Assembly: GCA_036172245.1 (NCBI GenBank) | Contig: JAYWIR010000011.1 | Location: forward strand, 1,550,001-1,614,000 | Origin: Raillietiella orientalis | Lineage: Eukaryota | Direction of reading: 5' to 3' | Length of the DNA stretch: 64,000 bases | Shown here: piece by piece, positions 13,410 through 26,212 of the stretch | How the letters are laid out: each line of letters starts with the position of its first letter | Position numbering within the stretch: the stretch's first letter is position 1 | Translations under genes and position numbers: made by a program | The notes under the pieces: model-generated | The model's input: only the letters and a program-made list of their open reading frames with translations | What the model was told of the DNA's origin: nothing | Databases searched by the model: none

Positions 13410-13710
13410 CCCGCAATGAGGCTGCAGTCTCCGAGCGCGTGGTACCAAGCGTTGCGGGTTCGAATCCCCAAGAGGAGGATCGGCTCCAAGAAGTGGAGGT
13501 TGCGTCGTGGGTTCGAGTTCCTCCCGCAGGATGACGCTGGTTGGCGTGTCAGCTTCGGGAGGGGCGCTGGTGCAAGCCGGATGCTCCCTGCTGACTAGCA
13601 GGGGCTGGAAGTCGACCCTCCGGGGTCCTTCCAGGAAAAGAGGACTCATTTGGGATTCCCCTCCGGTTGTGAAGGTGCAGCCCCTTCGGAAGAAACCCGA
13701 TTAGATCTTG
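13410..13710 (+). mobile_element. tRNA-headed element, 5' head and partial body
   Basis: Starts CCCGCAATG, with GTGGTACCAAGCGTTGCGGGTTCGAATCCC (B-box), a second GGGTTCGAGTTCC ~53 nt later, then family body sequence. Confidence 0.65.
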
Positions 13711-13714
13711 AGAC

Positions 13715-14374
13715 GCTTCCCACTTTCTCTGGAGGGCTCTCCTCGAAGGGAGCAGCGCGCTTCTTCACACCTTGAAGAGGCAACCACCAGAGGGGGACAT
13801 CACCCACCTCCATCTTCGGAACTGGATGGAAATTCCGAGGCTCCTTGATTCCCGAAATGACTCTGGGGGGTCCACTTCCTATCCCGGTCAGTCAGCCAGA
13901 GGGACATCCAGTTTTCGGCTTTCAGCAGTGTCGCTCCCGAAGCCTACAGGTCAATCAGGGTCGTCCTTCGGGGGAGGACTCGAAACCCACAACGCCCCTC
14001 CTCCCATCGTCGATGCTCCGGACGGAATTCTGACACTCTGCAGAGGCGACCTCCCGAGGGACGTACCTACTAGATCCATGGCCACAGATCCACTTTTCAC
14101 AACAGGAGGGGAATCCCGAATGGATTTGCTGGTTCCTGGAAGGATTCCGAAGGGTCTCCTTCCTGTCCCGGACGATCAATAGGGGCGTCCGGCTTCCACC
14201 GGGGCCACACCCGAAGCCTACAGGACAAGCAGCATCATCCTGCGGGGGGATCCGAATCCACGAAGCATCCCCCCCATTTCTGGGCGTCGATCCTCCACGT
14301 GGGGATTCGAACCCGCAACGCTTGGTGCCACGCGCGCGCACGGAGACTGCAGCCGCTACGGTCGTCTACGCGGG
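13715..14374 (-). mobile_element. Two tandem partial copies of the tRNA-headed element (14374->14090 and ~14030->13715)
   Basis: The reverse complement starts CCCGCGTAG...GTGGCACCAAGCGTTGCGGGTTCGAATCCCCACGTGG. The body matches 8530-8800 and 13410-13710. Confidence 0.65.
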
Positions 14375-14389
14375 CGATTTGCGAAGTAG

Positions 14390-15950
14390 ACAATCGCTTC
14401 TCCACCCGGAGAATTCAACGCAGGCCTTCGTGGGCATCCCCCATCGATTTGGGATCAAGAAAATGTCGCTGCAAAACCTGGACAACATCCGACTTGGGCC
14501 AACTTTCCCTACAGTGGAGAAGGCCTCTTCTTCGCAGACCGCAGATTCATCCATAAGGCTCGACTTGACCTCCTGCCAGTGGGGCATCGTTCACCGCGGA
14601 CGGCATTGGTGAAGATGGAAAGAAACGGCAGGTCGCAGCCTCAACGGAACCAGAACATGATTCGCGGAAAGACGTAGAAAGCTGGTGACGGTGGTAGTTC
14701 AAATTCGAAAGGAACACAAAGTGGGAGCTGCTGACCTCCAACCAGCCCACTTCGGAAAAGAACTCAAAGCTAAGGCAGAATGTGGTGCTCCAGGGCGAAG
14801 GCAAAGTGCTCACCCTCAATAGCAGTATTAAACGGAGCAATACAGAAAAATGTGGGCGCATACCGACAACTGGCTCGGCTCGCGAAAGTGCCCGCCACAG
14901 TAAGAGGATCGATAGCAGTAGCTCTGGAACTTTGGCCCCTGCCACTGAGGAACTAACAAGGGAATCGAAAACCTCCCCAAAGAGTACGTGAAACATATCG
15001 TGTAAGAAGTGGTACCCGAGAACACCACTTCTTACACGTGCCGAACACACAGTACTTCCATGCCTTCTACTGGGAGCGTTGGCTGAATCATCGTCTGTAA
15101 TGGGAACCCCTGTTAAGGAACAAAGGGAAGGGGGGGAGAGCAGCAAGCTGAGGAGGAATGGTCGAAACGCTCCCCTAAACATCTTTGTATTCTCCGCAAA
15201 CAGAGAGTTTGCATAACCTTGCCAAGAGTGAAAACGTTCCTTTTGGACTTCGATGAAGGGAGAAGTCCTTTCTGGATATGCGCGCATGCACCACCATATT
15301 CGAGAATTGGCAGGCGACTTCTCTGAGTCGCGGGAGGGTGGTCTGGCTGCCCCTCCAGAAAACGGAAGAGTTAGTCCTGTTCCCAGGTGGCGGATCTGTG
15401 AAACCCAGACACGCCGCCCCGTATGGATCTTCTTTTTGTTCCAGTCCTCTGGGTCCTTGCCTTTGGCTTGCTCGCCTCCTGTTCTACGAGGCGAAAAACG
15501 GGCGGATGACCTCGTGAGCAACTTCCATTGGGGCGCGATTCGATCCCGAGGCCTACTCAAAGACTTGGCCCCATGTCGATATGCCATATTTGGCATCTCG
15601 ACTTTATTAATGATGGGAAGTTAGGTCCACCTCCACAGGCTACGGATGCTCGTGACCCGACGGTGGAGAACACTGGTGAGTTCCCATGAGAGCTTGGTCG
15701 GTCGGAGGGACCTTGCATCTCTTCTTCCCCGGAATCACAACAGGACGAAGTTCTTCGAATTCCCCCTAAAGGACTCGCCCTCTTTGCAGGAGAAGAAAGC
15801 AAGATATATTGTGCTGCATCTGCGACATCGAGGCAACTCGTGCATAAGGCGGAACCATGCCAATAGGAGCGAGGCGCCATTCTCCTCTAGTCCATCTCCA
15901 TGCTACAGAGGTGACCTCACGTGACCACAACTGGCGAGCACATCATTCGC
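14390..15950. mobile_element. Degenerate hAT transposase relic, apparently split across both strands
   Basis: The plus strand near 14410-14590 reads QAFVGIPHRF...LTSCQWGI (like the hAT 'giT.Hf...wgi' catalytic region). The minus strand near 15370-15180 reads FWRGSQTTLPRLREVACQF../AYPERTS../NSLFAENTKM (like the hAT C-terminal dimerisation domain). Confidence 0.45.
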
Positions 15951-16875
15951 ATCGTGAAACTACTGAAGACTAGAAGGATCGGAGCTTGCTGACCCCTTCG
16001 CATTATTTATTTATTTGTAGCATGCTGTCCCTTCCCCACCGTTTCTCCGAACCTCTCCGCTCCACATCATGTGCACATCGGGCAACAACCTCCCCTCTGC
16101 AGATCTCTATTCAAAACTCACTTCCTAATACGTACGTCTATTTTTTTTTTCATAAATACACACAGAGACCTGACCTTTCCGACCTGGCGAAAATCAATAA
16201 ATGAAAATTTAGCCGGTTGGAGACCGACACGTGCCAACACGAGACGAAAGACTACCCCCTCGCTGGGAACGCAACTCTGGAAGAGTGGAGGAAACCGAGG
16301 GAAGGTCCGTAAATAAACAGGGGTTTGAATGGATTGGCCTCACGGTACTGAGCACGATTCCCGAGGGCTTGCGTCAGGCAGGAAAAGCTTACGTGTGAAA
16401 ACCAACCTAATACGTGATCAGTAATAGCACAAACGCGCAAGCAGCAATAATTCACAACGTACGCAATTGTGCTGCTGCGTGATGCTAAAAGCGGCAGAAC
16501 TTGGAAAAAAAAAAAAATGCTAAAAGGCACCACTAATCAGGATAATTAAAGTCATAAGCGCATTTTCGTGTCATAGTCAATAACAAATTATGTGGAAGAA
16601 AGTTTCAAAGAATAGAAAAGCTGAGACGACCGCTGGATGACAAGGCTGTACAAAAAATATTACTTTTACAAGCACATTGAACCGTACAAATTTATATAAT
16701 AAAAAATATATGACAACCTTTCATCTTACAAAAACAAACGCTGGGTCACTTAGTCATACATTTCTGACTAGCGCATTTTCGGTTTCGAGATGTATGCTCT
16801 TGCAACCACAGCAAATAAACTATTTGCAAGCAATTTCCCTTTCCAAATTTGGTCAATCCGATGCTAATCCCTTAT

Positions 16876-19800
16876 CTAACTAGGCTTCTCTTCAATTTGA
16901 ACATCTCCTTCTGCACAGTCCGTGGCTTTAGACCGTGAAACAGTCAGTAAGTATCGGAGAGTGTACTTGTTACGTTCACATCTGAAAGCTTACGAATAGA
17001 TGTCGATTAACAAACCAACTCACATCTGCATCAAAGGTTCGTATGTTCGTATTAATGCCTTCTTTAATGCATGAATGGCTGGCTGATGCTTAATATTTCC
17101 AGATTTGAGCTTGTCTGCATGGCAAAGCAGGAGTTCTTGAGCCCAAAGCAGATAAAATTCCAAATGAGGTGTGTTAACAAGCAATACATGGAGATGGTCC
17201 AACAGTTTAAAAATATGCACTTCCGATAAAGATGAAATCAGCAATGAAACTAAAGAAAAAGAACCAGGACTGCCTCACAACTACGCAATATCGTACACCA
17301 CACCATTAGTAACAGGAATTTGTTCCATTATTTCTTTCACAAGATCTGTCTCATTCAGATGTAAGGCCTGCATCAGAGCTGAAGACAAAATCCAATGCTT
17401 CGACTCAAAAAGATATTTTACCTTCAGTATACTGTTCTTTCCTTAGATATGAACGTGCAGATGCTGGGGTGATACTCTTACTCAATAAATAGGGGTCAAA
17501 AAGCATATGATTCGCCAGCGAAAAAACCAATAAGCCTTCAGTGCAAGCAGCAGCCCAGCTATCTCCTGGAGGATTACGATAGGGGTGAGGGGGTGGGGGG
17601 CAATTAACTGACCTGCTGGGGAAAAAACAACTTGTGTAACCCTCACTTCAGGACGTAACTGGCGTGCTGCTAAATCACCTTTATGCACTCCAGGCAATCC
17701 TGGAATTTCTGACTCTTCTCTTTTTTTCAAGAGAGCCAAATAACCAAATTCACAAAGTTTCCTATGATTAATAATATCCTAAAAGAAATTGCCAAACTGC
17801 TAATCAGCTGACTTACATCTACTGCATCTAAAGAACGATTCTGAGTTATTTCCACCTTGCGTAGCAGAAGATTTTCAGCTACCAGATATATGCATACGTA
17901 TTTAGATGATCCTCCGGCCACACATAATTGTCCATCAGGGGAATAGCACAGCGTAGTAAAAAACCTACAAACATTTGCAGCAATGAATCAATCTATACTT
18001 ACTTGGCTTTGAGGGAAGACTTAGCCTTTATGAGATCTGTATCTTTACGGCCACTTCCTAAATCATTTTGACCTTCAATTTCCCCCACTTGCAAAGCAGT
18101 TATAGGATTGAAAAAAATAATACTTCCATTCATGGTGGCTACTGCCAACTCTTGTCCATCTGGACGGAAAGTCACACATATGCCTAAGTGACAAACACAT
18201 ATACTATCTAGCAACAAGAATACAAACCATCAGATGGTAAACTGATTACATCTTTTGCACTTTGAGATGTAAGCACTTCCCACAGGCGCACTGACTTGTC
18301 CCAGCTGCAAGATGCTAACAGTGTTTGTGATGACACTGGGCAAAAGCATAAACTAGAAACTGGTCCTTCATGACCTCCTAAGATCTTTGAGACAGCTTCC
18401 AAGAATTAACAAATAATGGCTCTCACCTCCAACAATTGTCCAGTTCGAAGAGACCACAAGAATATTTCAAAAGTATCATGTGTCCCAGCAGCCACAAACT
18501 CTGCACTGGAATCCAGGGCTAAACATGAAAACTGAACTGGCTGGGGTGAAGTCAGGGTGCGAAAATTACGATACCTAGAGCAGAAAAATTAAAGGATATA
18601 AGTAACTGATTACCTAATACGGTCAACTGCTCGGACTGTGCCATCCAATGAACTGGACAGAATAAATTTTCCATTTGGACTGAAAAGCACACTAGTTATC
18701 GCTCCTGTATGGTCTGTAAAGGTTACAAAACAGAATCCAGTTTCTACACTCCATATTTTCACCTGAACTGACATTCAGTATTCTCAGAATAAATTTCAAA
18801 TTCCTCACTTTTGCATCCAGACTACCAGTGGCAAAGTAAAGGGCATCTGGGCTGTAAGCAGCACATGTCAGATTGTTGTAATGACTTTGCTGTTTCAAAA
18901 TATAGGTCTCACTCTGCCATTCCCAAACAATCAGCTGCCCATGGGCACAAGATCCAAGAGCAATCCAATCCCCAGTATGATTAAAGCATGCTGCTTCTAT
19001 TGGACTGTGTTCTAAACTACATGAGAAACCCATTACTAACCAGCATTCAATTACTGACTAAGATATTACAAATACCAACAAACACAAATAGTAACAAAAC
19101 CTTAATGAATGAATCCCATTTCCTTCAGGGAGCTCATGAAGAAAGAAAGAACCATTTGAATATCCAGTAAATAAAATGTGGGTTACTGCATGATAGGCAG
19201 CTGCTGTCAGATAAACATTCTCTTTGCTGCCAGTGAATGCATCACAAAGAAAATGGCGAAATAAACGTTTGTAGTAGAACTTTTCTTCTTTCTGACTTTC
19301 AAGTGCTAACGTATAATTAAGTAACACTAACAAATTTAATAATCTACCTTTAATTTTGGAGGAGTCTTCTTCAAAGCATTCCATGTTATCTAACAGAATC
19401 TCCTTCTGTTCTTCATGGGTAGAGGTCTGAAGTTCATCTAGGCCCATGCTGCACTTCCAAACACACACCACTCCTCCACGGCAAATTGTAATCAAATCTA
19501 GACCTTCCGATTCATAAAAACATGCGATTATTTCATTATGATGGCTTCCAAGATAATAAACTGATGGGCAATTGCGATATGCCTTCATTGGGTAGATTCG
19601 AGTATTCATATCCCTAGATCCTACTGCTAGCATACTATCGCATAATATAAAAATGGAATGAACAAACAAAATATTACCAAGAATCTGTATTCCAACATAA
19701 AGATGTGATTTCATTGAAAGCACCAGATAAAATCTTCTTTAAAGCAAATGGGGTGTAATCTCGTTTTGAAAAACATGGTGAATGATAAACAAATACTGAA

Positions 19801-20523
19801 AAGATTCAAAAATTAACAAGAAAATCGACATGCTAAAAATGTAATTTGAAATGCTAATAAAAAAAAGTCCATTGCAATGACAAAACTTCATCAAATTCAA
19901 AAGTGAAAATAAAGTTGGACTCATTTTCCTTGACTATGAAAGACTCCATGGCCAAATTTAATCACATCGATAGATGGGCTTCAAAATTTACCTGCATTCC
20001 CTTTTGATATGGCTATGAATTTTTCATCTGGGCTGAATTTAATACTTTTGGGAGGTGGATTGAACTTTTGCCGATTCAAAGTAAGCTTTGATATCATGTT
20101 TACAATATATACTTGGCCCTCTAAAAATAGAAAAAAATTGGAACTTAAAATGTGCATTTGTTCAAGTACCAATCAAAAGTTTACTGACAAAAAATTACCT
20201 TCATTGCAAATTACCAAAATTCTACCAGATGGAGACAATGCAGTGATTACTATATTATAGTAACTTTCTAATGGAAGAACCTCAGTTTTATTACTGAAAT
20301 AAGTTTCAAAATTTCTGTTATTACTTAGAGACAATTAGATTACCTTTTTAAATCGAAAATTGTGATCCGATTTCCAACAGGGCTTAGCAATGTAGAGCTG
20401 TCGTTCAAAAATAAGAGATTTCCTTTGTGATAAATCGAACCGATTAAGTTCGTAAACTACCAACATGAGTACCATTTAGAACGCGCTAATTTATCAACCT
20501 CCTACCTTATAATTGAATTTCAT
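16876..20523 (-). CDS. PWP2: Periodic tryptophan protein 2 (UTP1 ortholog, SSU processome UtpB); multi-exon
   Basis: Start MKFNYK|FTNLIGSIYHKGNLLF (49-nt intron 20457-20505). Hallmark exons include GDWIALGS..GQLIVWEWQSETYILKQQSH, YRNFRTLTSP.PVQFSCLALD, GHEGPVSSLCF..SCSWDKSVRLW, LPGVHKGDLAARQLRPEVRV and PHLEFYLLW. Stop TAG at 16876-16878. Confidence 0.94.
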
Positions 20524-20580
20524 CTTCCAAGTTTAGCGTGAAAGCATGTACCATTTAAGCAGCACCCTCGATTCACCTTT

Positions 20581-20590
20581 AAAACACGTG
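20581..20590. promoter_or_regulatory. E-box CACGTG (AAAACACGTG) ~62 bp upstream of the PWP2 ATG
   Basis: CACGTG at 20585-20590; identical 10-mer to the WDR3 upstream motif. Confidence 0.45.
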
Positions 20591-23500
20591 ACCCACTTCA
20601 GGATAACAAACTTTACTGAAGAGTGTGCAAATTAGTATCAACAGCATCGGATTGGGTTTATATTTTATCTTACATATAGTTAAAATTAGGCTCAGTTTCT
20701 AATGAATTTCTGTAAACTAAAACAAATTCCATTTGTTTTTTCTCCACAATTTGATGATTATTCCGATGCTCTTTCATTCTAACATGAGATTTCGAGCGCT
20801 ACTTTTTCTACAAATTCATTTTTGCTCGTCTAGAGTGAACAATCTTTTGTTGATTTTATCAAACTGATTTCTGGGATTAAAGTTTATTTCCGTTGAAAGA
20901 GTAGAACACAAATAAATTAATTACTTCTTTTTAATGAAAAAATACGCAACGCATATGCGATAATGCAATAATTTACTTTTTCACTACTGAATGCTTTTCA
21001 TGGGAAACATACATAAGTATAGAACACATCTCCTATCATTCTCGTGTGCTTTCACTCAAATATTCTTTGTATTTGATATATCTTCTTGCAGGGATTGCAT
21101 AACAGTTGTAACCAGCACTAGAACTTATTTGGACTTGACAACATCCTAAAGATGCGAATGAGACAATTAAAACAAGAATAACGTTAATTTTAACGACGCA
21201 AGTTCTTCTCTATATTAATAAACAAAAATTGGAACTTTCAGAGCTAACAGTTTGTAGCTGTATTAGATTTTTAGACTGTTTTAAAATTATTTATAACACT
21301 TCCTCATATTATTGTTTGTATTTCCAGCAGTTTCTTCCGAAATATAAACAGTCGTTTTTAAAGTTTTGCGGAAGATTGAAGTATATTTTCGTACCTTATT
21401 TTTCTAAAAGACTTTGAAGCAGCATTCATATATTTCTGCAGTTGTGTTGTCAATATCATACTTATCACATACTTTATAATATGTTGGAGACAGAACTTTC
21501 TAGTTAGAGCTTTATATTAAAAAACAGGTTAAATTTCTGTTTTAAAAGAAAAGACAACAGTTTATTTCATTCTGATGATTGCTTTCATTATTCTTTAAAT
21601 GCGCTTATTTGTTGCTTATTAGTGAAAAGTCCATTTGATGATAATTTATCAAATATGGTTTCCGTTTGTTTATAGATTATCCGAAGAAGCAGTTCGATTA
21701 CAGAAACGCTCCGAGGTACTCTAAAGATTTTCGCATAAATCAACCATTCCAATTTTCGTACATGTACAGCTGAAGTGTGTGCAATCAACCATTCCATGGA
21801 ACTGTGTTGATGAGTATTTAGACGACATAATTTCAATGAATCGTCTGATAGTTCACGATGAATAGAAAAGAAATATGAGCTAAATAATCGTACCACTGAT
21901 TGTGTAAACCGGACAAAGTCAGTTCACCATTAATATACTGCACTATTGTTTCTTGTTTTTCAAATCACCTTTAAAATGCAATCCTACAGTGTGTTCTTGG
22001 GTTTTTGCTCAGTCGTTAAAATTGGACCTTTGCATGTTTCTTTTAGAATGCTGTGATCGGAGTGATGATTTTGCTTGAAGACATTGCATGTCGACAATAT
22101 TTTTTCTAAGAACAGAAAATTCATTTACATTTAAATTTTCAAAGCTTGCATTCTTCGTTCTTTCATTCAAAAGTTTTGCTTCATCTCAAGTAAAGGATCA
22201 TGATATTTAATCATCTCACTGTTTTGAAGCTAGACAATCTTTTATCATAATTTGGATAAAAGTTTATCAAACCGAGATGGGCCAGATACTGAGTGCATCA
22301 ATAAAATAATGAATAAGATGATACTGTGTTACTCTTTTCCATAGGTTGCTAAACAAAAACTGATTGAATATGGATTTCAAATGCTCATTGTACAAATAAA
22401 CAGTGTGAATTGGAAGTATTTTTTATTGTATTTACTTTTTTATTTTATGATCTTTTTTTTAAGGTAGCGGACATGCTTAGTTTACATGATTGTACACAAT
22501 AGGTAATAATGCTTTTGCCTAGTTTTCAAAACATTAAGTCTTGAGTCTTATTATGCTTTGTTTTCTTATTCTATAGAATTATCGTCATCTCAAAAATGTT
22601 TCAACTAAGAAGTTCACTGTTATCCTTTTTTCTGATGAGATCCTCACTTCTAACATTGGAAATTGCTAAACTTCACAACTAAAACTGCACCCAGGAGCTC
22701 ATTCTGAAGCTATCGAATCTACCAAGTAGTCTAGAATGCAGAAGAAGCTTCACCTAATGGTTATAATCAATACTGACTTGTACAAACTACGTTGTCTTTA
22801 AACTTTGAGATTGAGGAATAAATAGCTTATAAGAGCAAGAACTCTGAAGGTCTTTGCTTATAAGAATTAGGAAAGGTGACATAATCAACTTGTTTGCTTG
22901 TGTTGGTTATCGGATGGCACAAAAAGAAATTGGATAGAATAGAAAAAAGACAAAGAAGCATCCAGCTCTCCTAAGGTAAATAGCATAAAGCTGTGCTTGC
23001 TAGAATACTATTTGTAACATAAAGCACGAATAGAAGCGATATTGATTCTCGCTATTTTCTGTGCTCTTCTAATTTCCAAAACACAGAATTTATTAATTTG
23101 ATGGAAAACTTTTGCTTCTTTCCTTCTAAAATATTTATCCTATACATACTTTGTATGTTATTTCATCAGCAATTAGAACGTGAGTTCTCATCTTTTAAAA
23201 ATCCAACAGATAGCTATAATTCTTTAGCCTAACTGTGCTTTCATTACAGGCTTTTGTACAGGCTCTGCTATTGGGATATTCCATAGCTGTCTCTATTATT
23301 TCGTTTATGGTTACGATTCTCTCCGATAAACTGTCTTCCCCCTCCACCTCCTCCCATACCGTTTGAAGTTATTGTGGGAGTTTTCATTTCGCTTTCACGA
23401 TATTTAAATTTTTAAATCCTGTTTCTGTTTTCGATCTTCTAAATGATTCCAAGTCCACATTTGTATCCCTATCTGTGTGCCTTCCTAAGTCTATGGTTGG

Positions 23501-24399
23501 TGCATGTGCTTACTCTCACACTTTATTCCCTTAGTGTACATGCTTTCGCGTGTCCCATCCAACTTGTATCTGTATTCCTTACGAATGTGCAACTTTTTGC
23601 ATTTGTACCCATTTTTGCCATGCTTTCCATTATGTAAGTTCGTTGTTCTTCATTTACCTCTCATCTTGTTAATTCTTTTTTTTTTTTAATTTTTGTTGGT
23701 TCACAAACTCATTTTCTTTCTTTCCCAAGGTACTTATGTTTTTCGAACTAAAATTCTGTTGTTTCAGAGTTTATTTCATAAGAATTATTGAAATTGGACG
23801 CTCACACACTGGTTAGAAATCTGTTTGGTACCGAGGACATCAGCCATTCTTCTTTGAAAGCATCAAAGATGACAAAGTTGCAGCAGTCTCCAAGAGAAAT
23901 TCAGTTTCATTCCTGGAGATCGCAAAGACTTCCAGTTCACTCTGTCAGAAGCGGATGTACTGTTAAGCAATCTGATGAATTTGTGACTATCATATAAGTT
24001 TTTTTTATTGTGATTTCAATTTGTAATTAAATTGTTGCAACGTGTACGTATTTGTAAATGATAAAGCAAAGTAAACAACAAGACAGCAAGTTTTTTTTTT
24101 TTTTTTTTTCTATTGTAAGACTGAGCAAATTAAAGAGCAGTTTAAATTCCTATCAAAAAGATTGCTTGCAGGGTTAACATAGCAGTATGCAATGTAATAG
24201 TGTATTAACAAACTAGTGTATCATTTAAAAACACAAATCTTAAATAATCCTGAGGAAAGAAGAAATTTGCAATGACCCCAAATGTTTGTCCTCTGTAGGT
24301 AGCAAGTTTTTTAAATACTAAAGTCATATCTTTATCGAAAATCAAAGTTCATTTCTATTCTGATCAAACTTCTATCTATTCTCTTTTTGTGTTCCCTTT

Positions 24400-25500
24400 C
24401 TATTTCCGTTTGAGTTGTATGGAATCGACATGCTGCTTATACACCTGGCTCTCTTGAGCGGTCGGATGGGAATTTCTTGAAAAGCGCTCTCCAGGATTGC
24501 CCCCTCCCCCGTAGCTTGTCTGAAACCTCGAGGATTTTCGGAAGCAGGAACTGAACGAAAAGAATAGCAAGATTTCGGAATTTCCTTTTGTGGTAAAAAA
24601 AAAAAAAAAAAAAAAAAAGCTTGAGGGAAAGAAGTTCCGAATGTTCCAAGATTGCGGGGGCCTCGCAAAAGATCCAAACGAAGTTGTTGGAGTAGGTCGC
24701 ATTGTACAAATGCGAAGATGTCCACACGTTGTGAATACAACGTATACGTAGTGTTCCGAATCAAGTTCCTTTCACTGCTACAGACGGAATATGTCGTTGA
24801 TAATTTGAACTGCATCGATCTCGACAATAATGAGCAAGGATAATCATCCTTGTTTATTATTGTCGAAAAAAAAAAACAAAAAAACAAATGTGTACGAAAT
24901 GGATGCTATATATTCGCTCGCTCGCGTGTTTATGGTAGAATGCATGAAACCGTAATCATTCTTCTTTGGGTTTACATAAGTACCTCAATGAAGGCGGTTA
25001 TAAAATGTGTTTCAGATCCGACATTGGCAGGGATAAATTCTCATTTGTGCTTTGCAATCAGTTCTAAACTGAACGTAAATCTTTGAGCAAAGTTATGATT
25101 AGTGCATGAAACCTCTCTCCTTGTCTACAATATCCATAAGCGTAATCTTCAGTGTTGTCTGTTGCTGATTCATCGATGTACCCACGAGATCATCAGGATT
25201 TTTTTTAATGTTTGCAACTCCACATGCATATGGTTTAGTCCAGTTGCCGAGGCAAAATTCAGTGGTACATCTCGTTTTCTAGTTGACCGTGTAACTTTAA
25301 GCTGTGACAATGATTTCATAGATTTGGATGTAAATTCCACAATCACTCCATAAGTGAAGAGCGCACTCTTCTGGATGAGCAGTCGAAATCTGTTTTCCTC
25401 TGTTTCTAATGGTACTTGCAATCCCCGTTGTAGTCTTGTCGATTCCAGCAGTGCAGTTGCAGGAATACCAGGGATGGTTTGCGATGCATTCGATCTGATT
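24400..25500 (-). mobile_element. Degenerate hAT transposase relic
   Basis: Colinear broken motifs: VPLETEENRFRLLIQ (like lP..ve...Fr.l), DDLVGTSMNQQ..LKITLMDIVDKE (like D.WTs...l.iT.hfiD) and RDRCSSN...IRCIHN (like D.asN...C.aH). Confidence 0.35.
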
Positions 25501-26212
25501 TCACCAGATTTTCGTTGTCATCAGAGATGGGAAAATGTCAGCTGAAGTCTTCTTTTTCCCCGCTTCAGCGTGAGCGAGTGTGAGAGCAGGCAGCGTGTAA
25601 AGGTTTCTGGAAGCTACGCTTGACCGATTTCCACTTTGTAAGTTCTGATAAATAACGGTGGAACAGCACGGATTTTCATTTCACTTTCCCTTTGTTTTTT
25701 TTTTCAAAACAAAAGATGATTTCCTTGCAGCATCACGATACTGCCCAAGCCAATCAATCAAGCCTAAGATTTTTGTTGTTGCAGGAAAAAAAAAAAAACG
25801 GTTTTCTTGACTGATAATTTTAAAGGAAGCTCACATTCGTGATTAGAGATAGAATTATGCCAAGAAATGCAAAGGCTGAGGTTGTGAATTTGAGAAATAA
25901 ACACATCGACCGCTTTGTATAAAACATCTGATTAGTTTGGTTTGTTTACTGCTGGCAGTTTTGATGACACTGAATTGTGTCTCACCAAAACAGAGAATTT
26001 TGTTGTTTTTTAGGAAATTGGTTTATAGTTCATTCTCAGTTTCTTTTCTCTTGAGTCAAATGGCCTATAATGAATTAGACAACAGCTTTGCTTTTATGTA
26101 AAAATGTAATTTAATATTTTATTATGCAGTTTTGATTTGAATCGATTTGATATTTTACTTCCAACACAATAACCTTCAGTGTGTTTTCACCAATAATGCT
26201 GAACAGATGGCT

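Noticed and set aside
14393..14402. U2 snRNA 5' end (ATCGCTTCTC)
   Set aside because: The match stops after 10 nt.
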